In this document: positions 9,194-17,854 of the stretch, piece by piece
How positions within the stretch are numbered: the stretch's first letter is position 1
How the letters are laid out: each line of letters begins with the position of its first letter
NCBI GenBank assembly: GCA_000996895.1
Contig: LCBB01000006.1
Span: 1-52,130 of the forward strand
Length of the DNA: 52,130 nucleotides
Direction of reading: 5' to 3'
DNA from: a candidate division WWE3 bacterium GW2011_GWC2_41_23
Lineage (GTDB): Bacteria; Patescibacteriota; WWE3; UBA101185; UBA10185
Position numbers and translations under genes: made by a program
Notes under the pieces: generated by a model
What the model was told of the DNA's origin: nothing
The model's database searches: none
Seen by the model: only the letters and a program-made list of their open reading frames with translations

Positions 9194-10381
9194 TTATTTC
9201 TGTCTTAAAAAAGTCGGGATATCGAATCCTGTGCCATAGTCTTCATCTTCCGCATCTTCCGGTTTCCACATCTCGGAGGGAAGTTTTGGTTGCTTTTTTT
9301 CTTCCGGAGGAGTTTCAGTCTGAGGTGCGCGGGGAATATTTTGTTGGAAAGGGATCTCAGGTTTCTCTTTTTTCGGAAGCTGGCCGTAATGTTTTTCTAC
9401 ATACCCTGCCATTGAATCATCCTCTTCCGGTACTTCAAACCCTGTTGCAATTACCGTAATCTTTAATTGTCCCGTCAATTCGTCGTCAATAGATGTTCCG
9501 AATATAATGTCCGCCTCTTCTCCGGCAATTCCCCTTATTATATTTGCTGCCCTGTCTACTTCTCTCATAGTTAGGTCGGGCCCGCCCGAAATGTTAAATA
9601 AAATTCCTTTTGCGCCTACAACTGACTGCTCTAGTAAGGGTGAAGAAATCGCTGCCTGTGCCGCTACCTCAGCTCTGTTTTCTCCGGTACCTATTCCGAT
9701 ACCCATCAACGCAGTTCCGGCGTCCTTCATAATTGCTTTAACATCAGCAAAATCAACATTTATGAGCCCCGGCATCACGATAAGATCCGAAATTCCTTGA
9801 ACACCCTGGTTTAAGACACTGTCCGATAGCCTAAATGCCTCGATGATAGACATATCTTCATCAGCTACCTCTAAAAGCTTCTGATTTGGAATCGTGATTA
9901 AAGCGTCGACTTCTTTTCTAAGCTCCATTATTCCCCTATCGGCTGCTCTCATTCTCTGTATGCCTTCAAAATTGAAGGGCTTAGTTACTACACCAATAGT
10001 AAGGGCGCCGGACTCTTTGGCAATGCGCGCCACGGTAGGGGAAGCCCCCGTTCCTGTTCCGCCACCAAGACCGGCTGTAATGAACACCATATTTGCCCCT
10101 TCCAGATTACTTTTTATTATATCCAAAGATTCTTCGGCGGCTTTTTTTCCTATTTCAGGATTTGACCCCGCCCCTAAACCCTGGGTTAGTTCCTGGCCAA
10201 TAGGTATTTTTATTACTGCTTTATTTATGGATAGATCCTGAGCATCGGTGTTTATGGCGATAAATTCAACACCTCTGATCTGATTTGAATCGATCATGGA
10301 GTTTATTACATTACCGCCGGCGCCTCCAACCCCGACAACTCGAATTTTTGCAAATCGTTCTATCTCTGGTTTAACTTGCAT
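9194..10381 (-). CDS. ftsZ: Cell division protein FtsZ
   Basis: GVGGAGGN, NTDAQ, GGGTGTG tubulin signature, NVDFAD, C-terminal DIPTFLR. Confidence 0.98.
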   Translation of the reverse strand: MQVKPEIERFAKIRVVGVGGAGGNVINSMIDSNQIRGVEFIAINTDAQDLSINKAVIKIPIGQELTQGLGAGSNPEIGKKAAEESLDIIKSNLEGANMVFITAGLGGGTGTGASPTVARIAKESGALTIGVVTKPFNFEGIQRMRAADRGIMELRKEVDALITIPNQKLLEVADEDMSIIEAFRLSDSVLNQGVQGISDLIVMPGLINVDFADVKAIMKDAGTALMGIGIGTGENRAEVAAQAAISSPLLEQSVVGAKGILFNISGGPDLTMREVDRAANIIRGIAGEEADIIFGTSIDDELTGQLKITVIATGFEVPEEDDSMAGYVEKHYGQLPKKEKPEIPFQQNIPRAPQTETPPEEKKQPKLPSEMWKPEDAEDEDYGTGFDIPTFLRQK

Positions 10382-10419
10382 TGCAACACTATACCAAATT
10401 TATTTTGGTATCTAAATTT

Positions 10420-11676
10420 TTAGGGCAGGAAAGATTTTAATTTGTCAACAAACTTCGAAAAGCTTTTATTCATATTACCCCGTCTATCATCAAATGACAA
10501 CAGCTGGCTGCCTCTAAAGAGCTTAACACCATATAAAACAGCGCCGACTCCAGATGCAGACGAAGGACCTTGAATTTCATCAATCAGTCCGGTAACCCCA
10601 CGGGGAATTCCTAAACGTACGGGCATTTTCAAATTAACTTTTGCGCTTCTCTCAACGTTTGCAGTGAGGGCGCCACCGCCCGTGACAACAACTCCTGCTG
10701 GAAGCTTGCCGTTTAAATTAACTTTCGTGACTTCCAGTGCAATGAGACGGAATATTTCTTCAAGACGGGCGTCTAATATTTTATAGAGCATCTGTCTCGG
10801 AAGGCGGTCAATCTCAAGACCGAACTCTGAAACATCAAAATCCTCATCCTTTCTCACACTATCGACATTTTTCGAAAGAACAGCTTCGTTACTCAATCTT
10901 ATTTTAATCCTCTCGGCGTCTTCTAAACGTGATCTCAAACCAATCGCGAGGTCACTAGTTATAAGTTTTCCACCTATGGGCAACACCGCGGAATGAACCG
11001 GACTTCCGTCAAGAAACGCAATCATTGAGGTAGTACCGCCGCCTATGTCAACTAACAAAGTTCCGAGTTCCTTTTCGGTATCGGTAAGAACCGCTTCGGC
11101 TGACGCCAGTCCCGCATAAACCATCTCGTCAACGTTAACCCCAACCTGATTCACACACCTGGCAATATTTCTTAAAGCGATGGAAGCGCCGTGTATTATG
11201 TTTGTTTCGACCTCCAAACGCACTCCGGACATACCGACGGGGTCTTTGATACCTTCCTGAGAATCAATTGAAAAATCGCGGGGTATTACGTGAATGACTT
11301 GACGGGTAGACGGTAGAGACACCGCCTGTGCAGCCTCTATGACACGGGAAACATCTTCTTTGCTGATTTCATCAGTTTGATTGGGGGAAACGGCAACAAC
11401 ACCGTGGGAATTCAGGGTTTCGATATGGCTTCCGTTTATGGTTACAAACGCGCTGGATACCGAAACACCGGCCATACGCTCAGCTTTTTCGATACTGGCG
11501 GCAATTGCTTCGACCGCGCTATCAATATCTACCACATTTCCCTTATTTACGCCTTTAGAAGGTACTTCTCCTGAGACTCCTATTACCGAAACTCTTGATT
11601 CGGACACTGAAGCTATAGTCGTACCTACTTTGGTAGAACCTACGTCTATTCCTGTTATTATCTTTTCTTTGGGCAT
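10420..11676 (-). CDS. ftsA: Cell division protein FtsA
   Basis: GIDVGSTKV, DIGGGTT, VTGGGA actin-like motifs; amphipathic C-terminus; upstream of ftsZ. Confidence 0.96.
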   Translation of the reverse strand: MPKEKIITGIDVGSTKVGTTIASVSESRVSVIGVSGEVPSKGVNKGNVVDIDSAVEAIAASIEKAERMAGVSVSSAFVTINGSHIETLNSHGVVAVSPNQTDEISKEDVSRVIEAAQAVSLPSTRQVIHVIPRDFSIDSQEGIKDPVGMSGVRLEVETNIIHGASIALRNIARCVNQVGVNVDEMVYAGLASAEAVLTDTEKELGTLLVDIGGGTTSMIAFLDGSPVHSAVLPIGGKLITSDLAIGLRSRLEDAERIKIRLSNEAVLSKNVDSVRKDEDFDVSEFGLEIDRLPRQMLYKILDARLEEIFRLIALEVTKVNLNGKLPAGVVVTGGGALTANVERSAKVNLKMPVRLGIPRGVTGLIDEIQGPSSASGVGAVLYGVKLFRGSQLLSFDDRRGNMNKSFSKFVDKLKSFLP

Positions 11677-11690
11677 AATGTGGTTAAAAG

Positions 11691-12548
11691 CTACTCATAT
11701 AATACTATTACTTTATCATAACGTAAATCAATTTTTATTACCGATTTGCCCTCAAGAAGCAAGGTTTTATAAAGTTTTTCAAGCTTCCAAACCGACTCCT
11801 TTATATCCTTCATATTGCTCAAATATACGTCCGTGGATCCTAAACGCAGCCTGGAGTATCTTTCTCTGAAGCTTATACTACTGATGTTCAAGCCGGCTTT
11901 CCCTACCTCCGAAAGGATTTCTATGCTAACAGGAACAACCTGCGCTTCTAAAAAGGCACCTACCCGTATTTCTCCTTCGTAAATAATCTCCGGAAGATTC
12001 ATAAATTCGTCGGAAACCTCGCCCAAAACATACCCCTCACTGTCTATTAAATAATGCACGGCGTCCTTTTTACCGGAAGTTACGACCGCTACAGGCACTC
12101 TTTCCTCTACTTTTATAACCAGAGCATCGGGGTAGTCCAACGATACTTCTACTCTTCTCGCCCCTAAAAAATTGTCTTTGAGTGTCTTTTTTAATTCCCG
12201 GGAATTTGTAGAAAAAATGCTCTGTCCTAAAACTTTTTGCTCGGAAATATTTTTAAAATCCTCCAGGTTAACAAACTTCCCGCCGCCGACAACAGAAACT
12301 TTTTTAACGGAAAATCTTGGACTTAGATAAATATACTTATAGGATAAATAACCAACGGCTCCCAAAACCAAAAAAATAACAAATATATTTATAAAAACTC
12401 TATATTTTCTGGCAAGGATGCGTGGGTTTTTTATTCCCCTACGACGGTTTTTTATTTTATTTAATAGAAGTTGATTACCGCTGGTTTGAACCGGACGCGG
12501 GTGCCTACTTGTTATTTCTTTGCGTGAGTTTATATGTTTCATCTGCAA
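11691..12548 (-). CDS. ftsQ: FtsQ/DivIB-like POTRA domain protein
   Basis: Basic N-terminus, one TM, POTRA-like segment ending YPDALVIKVEERVP, C-terminal IDLRY; lies between murG and ftsA. Exact start uncertain (12548 or 12542). Confidence 0.8.
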   Translation of the reverse strand: MQMKHINSRKEITSRHPRPVQTSGNQLLLNKIKNRRRGIKNPRILARKYRVFINIFVIFLVLGAVGYLSYKYIYLSPRFSVKKVSVVGGGKFVNLEDFKNISEQKVLGQSIFSTNSRELKKTLKDNFLGARRVEVSLDYPDALVIKVEERVPVAVVTSGKKDAVHYLIDSEGYVLGEVSDEFMNLPEIIYEGEIRVGAFLEAQVVPVSIEILSEVGKAGLNISSISFRERYSRLRLGSTDVYLSNMKDIKESVWKLEKLYKTLLLEGKSVIKIDLRYDKVIVLYE

Positions 12549-13620
12549 TTATTTCTGCGGCGTTTAGATTTACTATTTCCGATGCTTCGCTGTTGTTAAG
12601 TTTATATTCTTGAAGGTGCCCCAATACTTTTGTGATTGTACCAAAAAATGTTTCTTCGGTAAGGTCATTTTCTTCTAAAATTTCGGCTAGACCGTACTTT
12701 TTTAAAATCAAAGCATTTTCTTTTTGTTCGTTATGGCTAACCCAAGGTATCGGGATCAAAACACAGGGCTTTTCCAAAGCCAGAAGCTCTGTAACTGTGT
12801 GGGCACCTGATCTGGATATAACCACCGACGATCTGTTAAACGCCTCGCCGATTTCATCATCCATAACAAATTTTCTCAGATAGAACTTACCATCTGCCAA
12901 CTCATCGGCTTCCCTGTAGATTGCCTCCAGCTGGTCGTAATCATTAAATTTTGAGTGATCTCCGCTTTGATGAATAACATTACATTTAGATAAAAGTTCC
13001 GGAAGTGCCTCTTTCACAACCTCATTTATAGTGTGCGATCCTGTCTTACCTGCAGTTATATAAATTGTCGGAAGATTATTATCTGAATTAAATGAATCAG
13101 ATCCGATTTCAAACACTGCCTTTCTGATTGGGACCCCGGAGTAAACTATTTTATTCGCAGGAAAAAACTTTTCAGACTCCTTCCAGCCAATGCATATTTT
13201 TTTCACAAATTTGGAAAGTAGTTTGTTAGCGTAACCTACAACAACCGTTTGCTCATGTGTAATTGACGGTATTCCCAGTAACCAACCGGAAATAACCGTG
13301 GGAACTGCAAGATAACCCCCGAACGAAAGAATAACATTCGGCTTAATTTTCAATAGCCACTTATACGCCTGAAAAAACCCGAACGGAACTCTAAGTAAAC
13401 TTATAATATTAAATGTTTTATATACTTTTCCCGCCCTGAGATCGTAAAAAGGTAAGTTGAGGGCGGTTATTTCCTTATATTCAAGCGAATCGTTTTTATC
13501 ACTTGCTGCGGCACGTCTGTGGCCGAACCAATAGATTTCGGTATCAGGGTATTTGGATCTGAAACGGTCGATAACCGGTAGTGCGGAGCTATGATGTCCT
13601 CCTGTAATTACTATTTTCAT
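12505..13620 (-). CDS. murG: MurG-family undecaprenyl-PP GlcNAc transferase
   Basis: TGGH, SFGGY, HEQT...ANK, SRSGA, LIP, QKENA motifs of GT28. Confidence 0.92.
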   Translation of the reverse strand: MKIVITGGHHSSALPVIDRFRSKYPDTEIYWFGHRRAAASDKNDSLEYKEITALNLPFYDLRAGKVYKTFNIISLLRVPFGFFQAYKWLLKIKPNVILSFGGYLAVPTVISGWLLGIPSITHEQTVVVGYANKLLSKFVKKICIGWKESEKFFPANKIVYSGVPIRKAVFEIGSDSFNSDNNLPTIYITAGKTGSHTINEVVKEALPELLSKCNVIHQSGDHSKFNDYDQLEAIYREADELADGKFYLRKFVMDDEIGEAFNRSSVVISRSGAHTVTELLALEKPCVLIPIPWVSHNEQKENALILKKYGLAEILEENDLTEETFFGTITKVLGHLQEYKLNNSEASEIVNLNAAEIIADETYKLTQRNNK

Positions 13621-14783
13621 TTTGAGTTATCCTTCCCAATATTAGCTAAAATACCCAGTCCCATCAAACTGAAAACCATGCTTGAACCTCCGTACGAAAT
13701 TAAAGGAATGGGGACGCCGGTCAGGGGTAGCAGCTGCGTCATCGCGCCAATATTCACAAAAAATTGAAGTCCTATCCAAGAGGTAATCCCCGCCGCCAGT
13801 AGCCTGCCTCTTTGGGTTTTTGCATTTTTAGCTATTTCAAAACCCCTGTATATCAAATAAGAAAAGGCAACGATCACAAGAGCCGTGCCTAAGAATCCAA
13901 ACTCCTCTCCTATAATTGCAAATATCGAATCTGAAGCAACTTCAGGAAGATAATAATATTTTTGCCGTGATTGTCCGAACCCCACTCCAAAAAAACCGCC
14001 GGAACCGAGTGCGATTTGAACCTGCTTAATATGATACCCTTCTTTTCTGTCTGTATTGTCAAAACCCTTTAATTGAGTAAGCCATCTTTCTCGTCTGTAA
14101 GGAGAACTAAGTACTAACAAAATACCAAGCAGTAAGGCTGCCGGCGCAACCATCAATAAAGGTTTAATAGAAGCTCCTGAAGAGAAGTACACGATTGTTC
14201 CTATAGCTGCAATCATGACAGCAGTAGACATGTTCGGCTGGGCAATCACAAGTAAAAATATCAGCCCTGTCGCTACGGCGTACAAACTAAAAACGTTTTT
14301 GTTTTCCTGAGTTTTTTTCGGAATCATTATACCCAGGTACATTATTAATGTAAGTTTTGCCAGCTCGCCCGGTTGAAAACCTACAACTCCCAATATAGGC
14401 AGTTTTGGCAGGGGCGGGGCATTAAGATAAAACCATCTGTTAGCTCCGTTTATGCACGGGGCAAAAAAAATGTCAGAGGAACATGGCAACAAAGATACGA
14501 AAGCAAGTAATATCAAAAAAATAATAGTTACTCCGAACATAAAACCCGTAATCTTATCTATTTTCTTATAATCCTGGTTATAGAAAAAAAAGAACCATGC
14601 CAAACCGAGGAGAACCCAGCCAATTTGCAAAAATACAAACCTGTATGGGTCATTATAAAGACTATCGGAGTGAATTATCGTAGAATCGGCAATAATAATT
14701 ATTCCGAAAAGAAGAAATCCCAGTATCAGAAATACGAAAGATCTATCTTTTTTACTCATTGTGGGAACAGTTTTTGATTTCAT
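13617..14783 (-). CDS. ftsW: SEDS peptidoglycan glycosyltransferase FtsW
   Basis: Polytopic; NGANRW, FQPGELAK, GSGG, LPEVASDSIFAIIGEEFG, PLTGVPIPLISYGGSS. Confidence 0.93.
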   Translation of the reverse strand: MKSKTVPTMSKKDRSFVFLILGFLLFGIIIIADSTIIHSDSLYNDPYRFVFLQIGWVLLGLAWFFFFYNQDYKKIDKITGFMFGVTIIFLILLAFVSLLPCSSDIFFAPCINGANRWFYLNAPPLPKLPILGVVGFQPGELAKLTLIMYLGIMIPKKTQENKNVFSLYAVATGLIFLLVIAQPNMSTAVMIAAIGTIVYFSSGASIKPLLMVAPAALLLGILLVLSSPYRRERWLTQLKGFDNTDRKEGYHIKQVQIALGSGGFFGVGFGQSRQKYYYLPEVASDSIFAIIGEEFGFLGTALVIVAFSYLIYRGFEIAKNAKTQRGRLLAAGITSWIGLQFFVNIGAMTQLLPLTGVPIPLISYGGSSMVFSLMGLGILANIGKDNSK

Positions 14784-14787
14784 AACA

Positions 14788-15873
14788 TCACATCAAAGCA
14801 ATGAAAATACCGGCAAAGGCGAAAAAAGCACCGAATAACCAGAATCTTAGCGTCACCTTTGTCTCCGGCCAGCCCAATAATTCAAAGTGATGGTGCACTG
14901 GTGCGAAACGGAACATTCTCTTCTTGGTAAGCTTAACGGAAAGCTGCTGGAGAGGGCTACTGATACCGTCAAATAAGAAAACCGCGCCAATTATGAGAAA
15001 GGCTACTTCCCTGTGTAGAAAAACTGCTAACAAAGCCAGAGTTCCTCCCAAAACGTGGGACCCCACGTTCCCCATAAAAATTCTTGCGGGATAAACATTG
15101 AAATATAAAAATGGCAAAAGCGCCCCCGCAAAAGTAGCGCAAAATATTGCAATTGAGTTGTACCCAAGCACCCGCGAAACTACCCAAAAAGAAATAAACG
15201 CGAACAGTGAAAGACCGCCCGCCAAACCATCCAGGCCGTCAGTAAAGGCTACTGCATTCAAAATAACTATGAATAGCAGAAAAACGATGACGGGATACAA
15301 AAAACCAATATGAACGTCCCCTATTAAAGGAAACCATAGATAATCCCACCCGAGCTTAAAATAAACCCAATAGGCGACAAAACCTCCGATTAAGCCCTGA
15401 ACAATAAACTTTTTGTAAGTCTGCATTCCACTTGCGTCCGTACTTCCTACGACACGCCAAAATTCTTTGAAAAGCTGCCAGGGTTTTAGGATTATCCGCG
15501 ACAGTCCCTTAGGTGCGGCGTTTTTCTTTTTAAAAAGACCGTGGAAATGATACTCAAAAAAACCCGGGAGTCCGGACTTTCTATAAACCTTTGTAAAATC
15601 TTCAAAAAGACCAAGTAGTCCCGCAATTAAAGCTACGAATATCGGTAATAGTGTTTGTGTACGGGAACGGTTAAATAGTAAGGTCAAAACTGCAACGACT
15701 GACACAAGAACTAAGCCTCCCATTGTGGGCGTACCCATTTTAAACAGATGGGTTTTGGGAGCATCTTCGCGCACTTCTTCCCCCATTTGAAATTTGTAGA
15801 CAAAATTTATCCAAACGGGATACAAAACGAAAGACAGTAATCCCGCAGCAAATAAAAATAATAAATCTAACAT
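14788..15873 (-). CDS. mraY: MraY-family phospho-sugar transferase with divergent active-site motifs
   Basis: KMGTPTMGG, TDGLDGLAGG, FNVYPARIFMG, APVHHHFELLGWPETKV. ATG 15873 overlaps the murA stop (TAATG); 15891 is an alternative start. Confidence 0.9.
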   Translation of the reverse strand: MLDLLFLFAAGLLSFVLYPVWINFVYKFQMGEEVREDAPKTHLFKMGTPTMGGLVLVSVVAVLTLLFNRSRTQTLLPIFVALIAGLLGLFEDFTKVYRKSGLPGFFEYHFHGLFKKKNAAPKGLSRIILKPWQLFKEFWRVVGSTDASGMQTYKKFIVQGLIGGFVAYWVYFKLGWDYLWFPLIGDVHIGFLYPVIVFLLFIVILNAVAFTDGLDGLAGGLSLFAFISFWVVSRVLGYNSIAIFCATFAGALLPFLYFNVYPARIFMGNVGSHVLGGTLALLAVFLHREVAFLIIGAVFLFDGISSPLQQLSVKLTKKRMFRFAPVHHHFELLGWPETKVTLRFWLFGAFFAFAGIFIALM

Positions 15874-17204
15874 TATTCCTGCTGACCCCATATTTTTGCT
15901 CCTAAATTTTTAAGCTTCGACGTAAAATTTTCCATATAACAATCTAGTACGTCTATGCCTTCTATCTCACTCCTGCCTTCAGCGATTAGAGCAGCTAAGA
16001 CATGCACGGCCCCGTACCTGAAGTCTGTGATGTTTAACTTCTCTCCTTTTAATTTTACAGGACCTGTAGTTTTTGCAACTGTATAAGGTTCTCCTAACCT
16101 CTCAACATCGTATGTATCGTCACCCACCACCGAAATCATTCCTGCCTCGGATGGTTTCAGAAGTTCAATTTTGGCACCCATCCTGTTCAAATCTTTTATA
16201 TACCCGAATCTGTCTGTGTAAACGGTGTCGTGTACGTATGCGATTCCGCTACATTGTGTCAAAAGCAAAGTTGCAGCCGATTGCCAATCAGGCACAAAGC
16301 CTGGGGTTGGAGCTATAGTAAGATTTGTAGCCTGAAATTCCTCGTCGTGTCTCCATATCTTTATAGAATTCTGCTCAAATTCATATCTTGCCCCGATTTT
16401 AGTAAAGAAATTTACTAAGGGAACCATCACGTTTCTATTTATATTCTTGATTACAACATTTCCTTTAGTTATTAACGCAGCGACTGCATAAATAACAGCT
16501 TCGGTTTTGTCCGGCTGCACTTCCAGAGAAGCACCTTTGAATACATTGACCCCGTTCACCTTGATAACACGGGGTTCTGAACGTACCACGTCCCCGCCCA
16601 TAGCATTAATCAAATCTATTAAGTCATCAATCTCACATTCCTCTGAAGCATTATTAATTTCTGTTTCGCCCGGTAAAAAAGCAGCAGTCATTATAAGAGT
16701 GTCGGTAGACATGTGACTGGGTATTTTAAAGTTAACGTGTCCGGAAACCGCGGTTGCCGAAGAAATGAAATAATAATCTTCATCTTCCTCAACCACAACA
16801 CCCAAACTCCTCCAAACATCCAATATTCTGTTCACCGGTCTTGGAACAGTAAGACGGGTTTTATATTTAGGGATAGAAGCTTTTCCGAACCTAAAAAGTA
16901 AAGGCGGCGCCATAAGTAAAGACGTCCTATACTTAGATCCCATTTCCAAAGGCACCTCATAAGAAGTAATTCCGGAACCGTTGAGAATAAGCCTCCCAGC
17001 TCCCGCCCAGTCCGCTTTTCCCCCGAGCACCCGAATCATTTTAATATCGTCCTCTATGGCATCCATTTTGGGAACATTTTGCAAAATAACGTCGTCGTTG
17101 GAAAACATCGCGGCGGCCATAAGTTTCAACGCTGAATTTCTTGTGCCTGAAACCTGAACAGTACCAAGTAAAGGAGAGCCACCCTCAATAATAACGGTAC
17201 TCAT
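15873..17204 (-). CDS. murA: MurA-like enolpyruvyl transferase fold protein lacking the GGC/GGD catalytic loop
   Basis: IEGGSPLLGTVQVSGTRNS, RPV, INNASEECEIDDL, PTPGFVPDWQ, DRFGYIKDLNRMGAKI, LKNLGAKI align along MurA; the active-site loop reads IPKYKTRLTVPRPV. Confidence 0.85.
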   Translation of the reverse strand: MSTVIIEGGSPLLGTVQVSGTRNSALKLMAAAMFSNDDVILQNVPKMDAIEDDIKMIRVLGGKADWAGAGRLILNGSGITSYEVPLEMGSKYRTSLLMAPPLLFRFGKASIPKYKTRLTVPRPVNRILDVWRSLGVVVEEDEDYYFISSATAVSGHVNFKIPSHMSTDTLIMTAAFLPGETEINNASEECEIDDLIDLINAMGGDVVRSEPRVIKVNGVNVFKGASLEVQPDKTEAVIYAVAALITKGNVVIKNINRNVMVPLVNFFTKIGARYEFEQNSIKIWRHDEEFQATNLTIAPTPGFVPDWQSAATLLLTQCSGIAYVHDTVYTDRFGYIKDLNRMGAKIELLKPSEAGMISVVGDDTYDVERLGEPYTVAKTTGPVKLKGEKLNITDFRYGAVHVLAALIAEGRSEIEGIDVLDCYMENFTSKLKNLGAKIWGQQE

Positions 17205-17205
17205 A

Positions 17206-17424
17206 TCAGGATAACTTGATTAATAAAAACGAATTTGCTACAAGAAGCACTCCCAACACCGCTGTTAAAACAAAAACTGCCTTTTCTGCGCCTCTCAAGG
17301 ATCTGTAGGCAGTAAATGAGTTTTTTAACCCGGATGAGAGTCCCGCATTTTTGGTTTGGATAAGAATCAGTAACACAAGGACTACGGAAATTATTATCTG
17401 TGTTGTTTTAAGTATGGGTACCAT
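17206..17424 (-). CDS. secG: Preprotein translocase subunit SecG
   Basis: Two TM helices, LILIQ...GLS, RGAEK motif. Confidence 0.88.
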   Translation of the reverse strand: MVPILKTTQIIISVVLVLLILIQTKNAGLSSGLKNSFTAYRSLRGAEKAVFVLTAVLGVLLVANSFLLIKLS

Positions 17425-17425
17425 A

Positions 17426-17836
17426 TTATTTTTTAGAGACGCTTAGCCACTCGAAGAAAGTATATACCATTGAAATGATAAAGGCAGAAAATAGGGCAGA
17501 CCAAAAGGCTGTAAGGCTTTTTGATGGTAGCATAACGCCCAAAATAATCAAATCCGACAAAGTCGTTTCCATTATCGTAAAGGCCGGCAAAAAAATAGTA
17601 AGGACATAGAGTGTTAACGTGGTTAAAATCGTCGCAATAAACAAAAATCCTACTCCCCGTGTAGGCAGACCAAAAGTAGCCAGGAGCGGCTTACCAAGAT
17701 AAAAAAGAGCGGTTAAAGCAAGAGATATTGTTAAAAAGGTTTTAGGGTCACTGCCGTAAAACAAAGCAGAAAGAACATAATTGGCGGAAAAAAGGGATAT
17801 CAGCACAAATGTAAAATTCTTGATAACGCCCTTCAT
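17426..17836 (-). CDS. 4-TM membrane protein, YvlD/phage-holin-4-like family
   Basis: Four hydrophobic segments, KPLL...LP and FWSALFSAFIIS patterns; located near uvr genes as is common for this family. Confidence 0.65.
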   Translation of the reverse strand: MKGVIKNFTFVLISLFSANYVLSALFYGSDPKTFLTISLALTALFYLGKPLLATFGLPTRGVGFLFIATILTTLTLYVLTIFLPAFTIMETTLSDLIILGVMLPSKSLTAFWSALFSAFIISMVYTFFEWLSVSKK

Positions 17837-17854
17837 GCTTTAAATTATAACGTT

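Noticed and set aside
9097-9459. 120-aa plus-strand ORF and the many other short antisense or nested ORFs in the track
   Set aside because: They lie opposite or inside well-conserved genes and show no motifs or initiation signals.
17426-17836. Prophage implied by a holin-family protein
   Set aside because: This family is commonly chromosomal near uvr genes, and no phage structural, integrase or lysis cassette genes are nearby.
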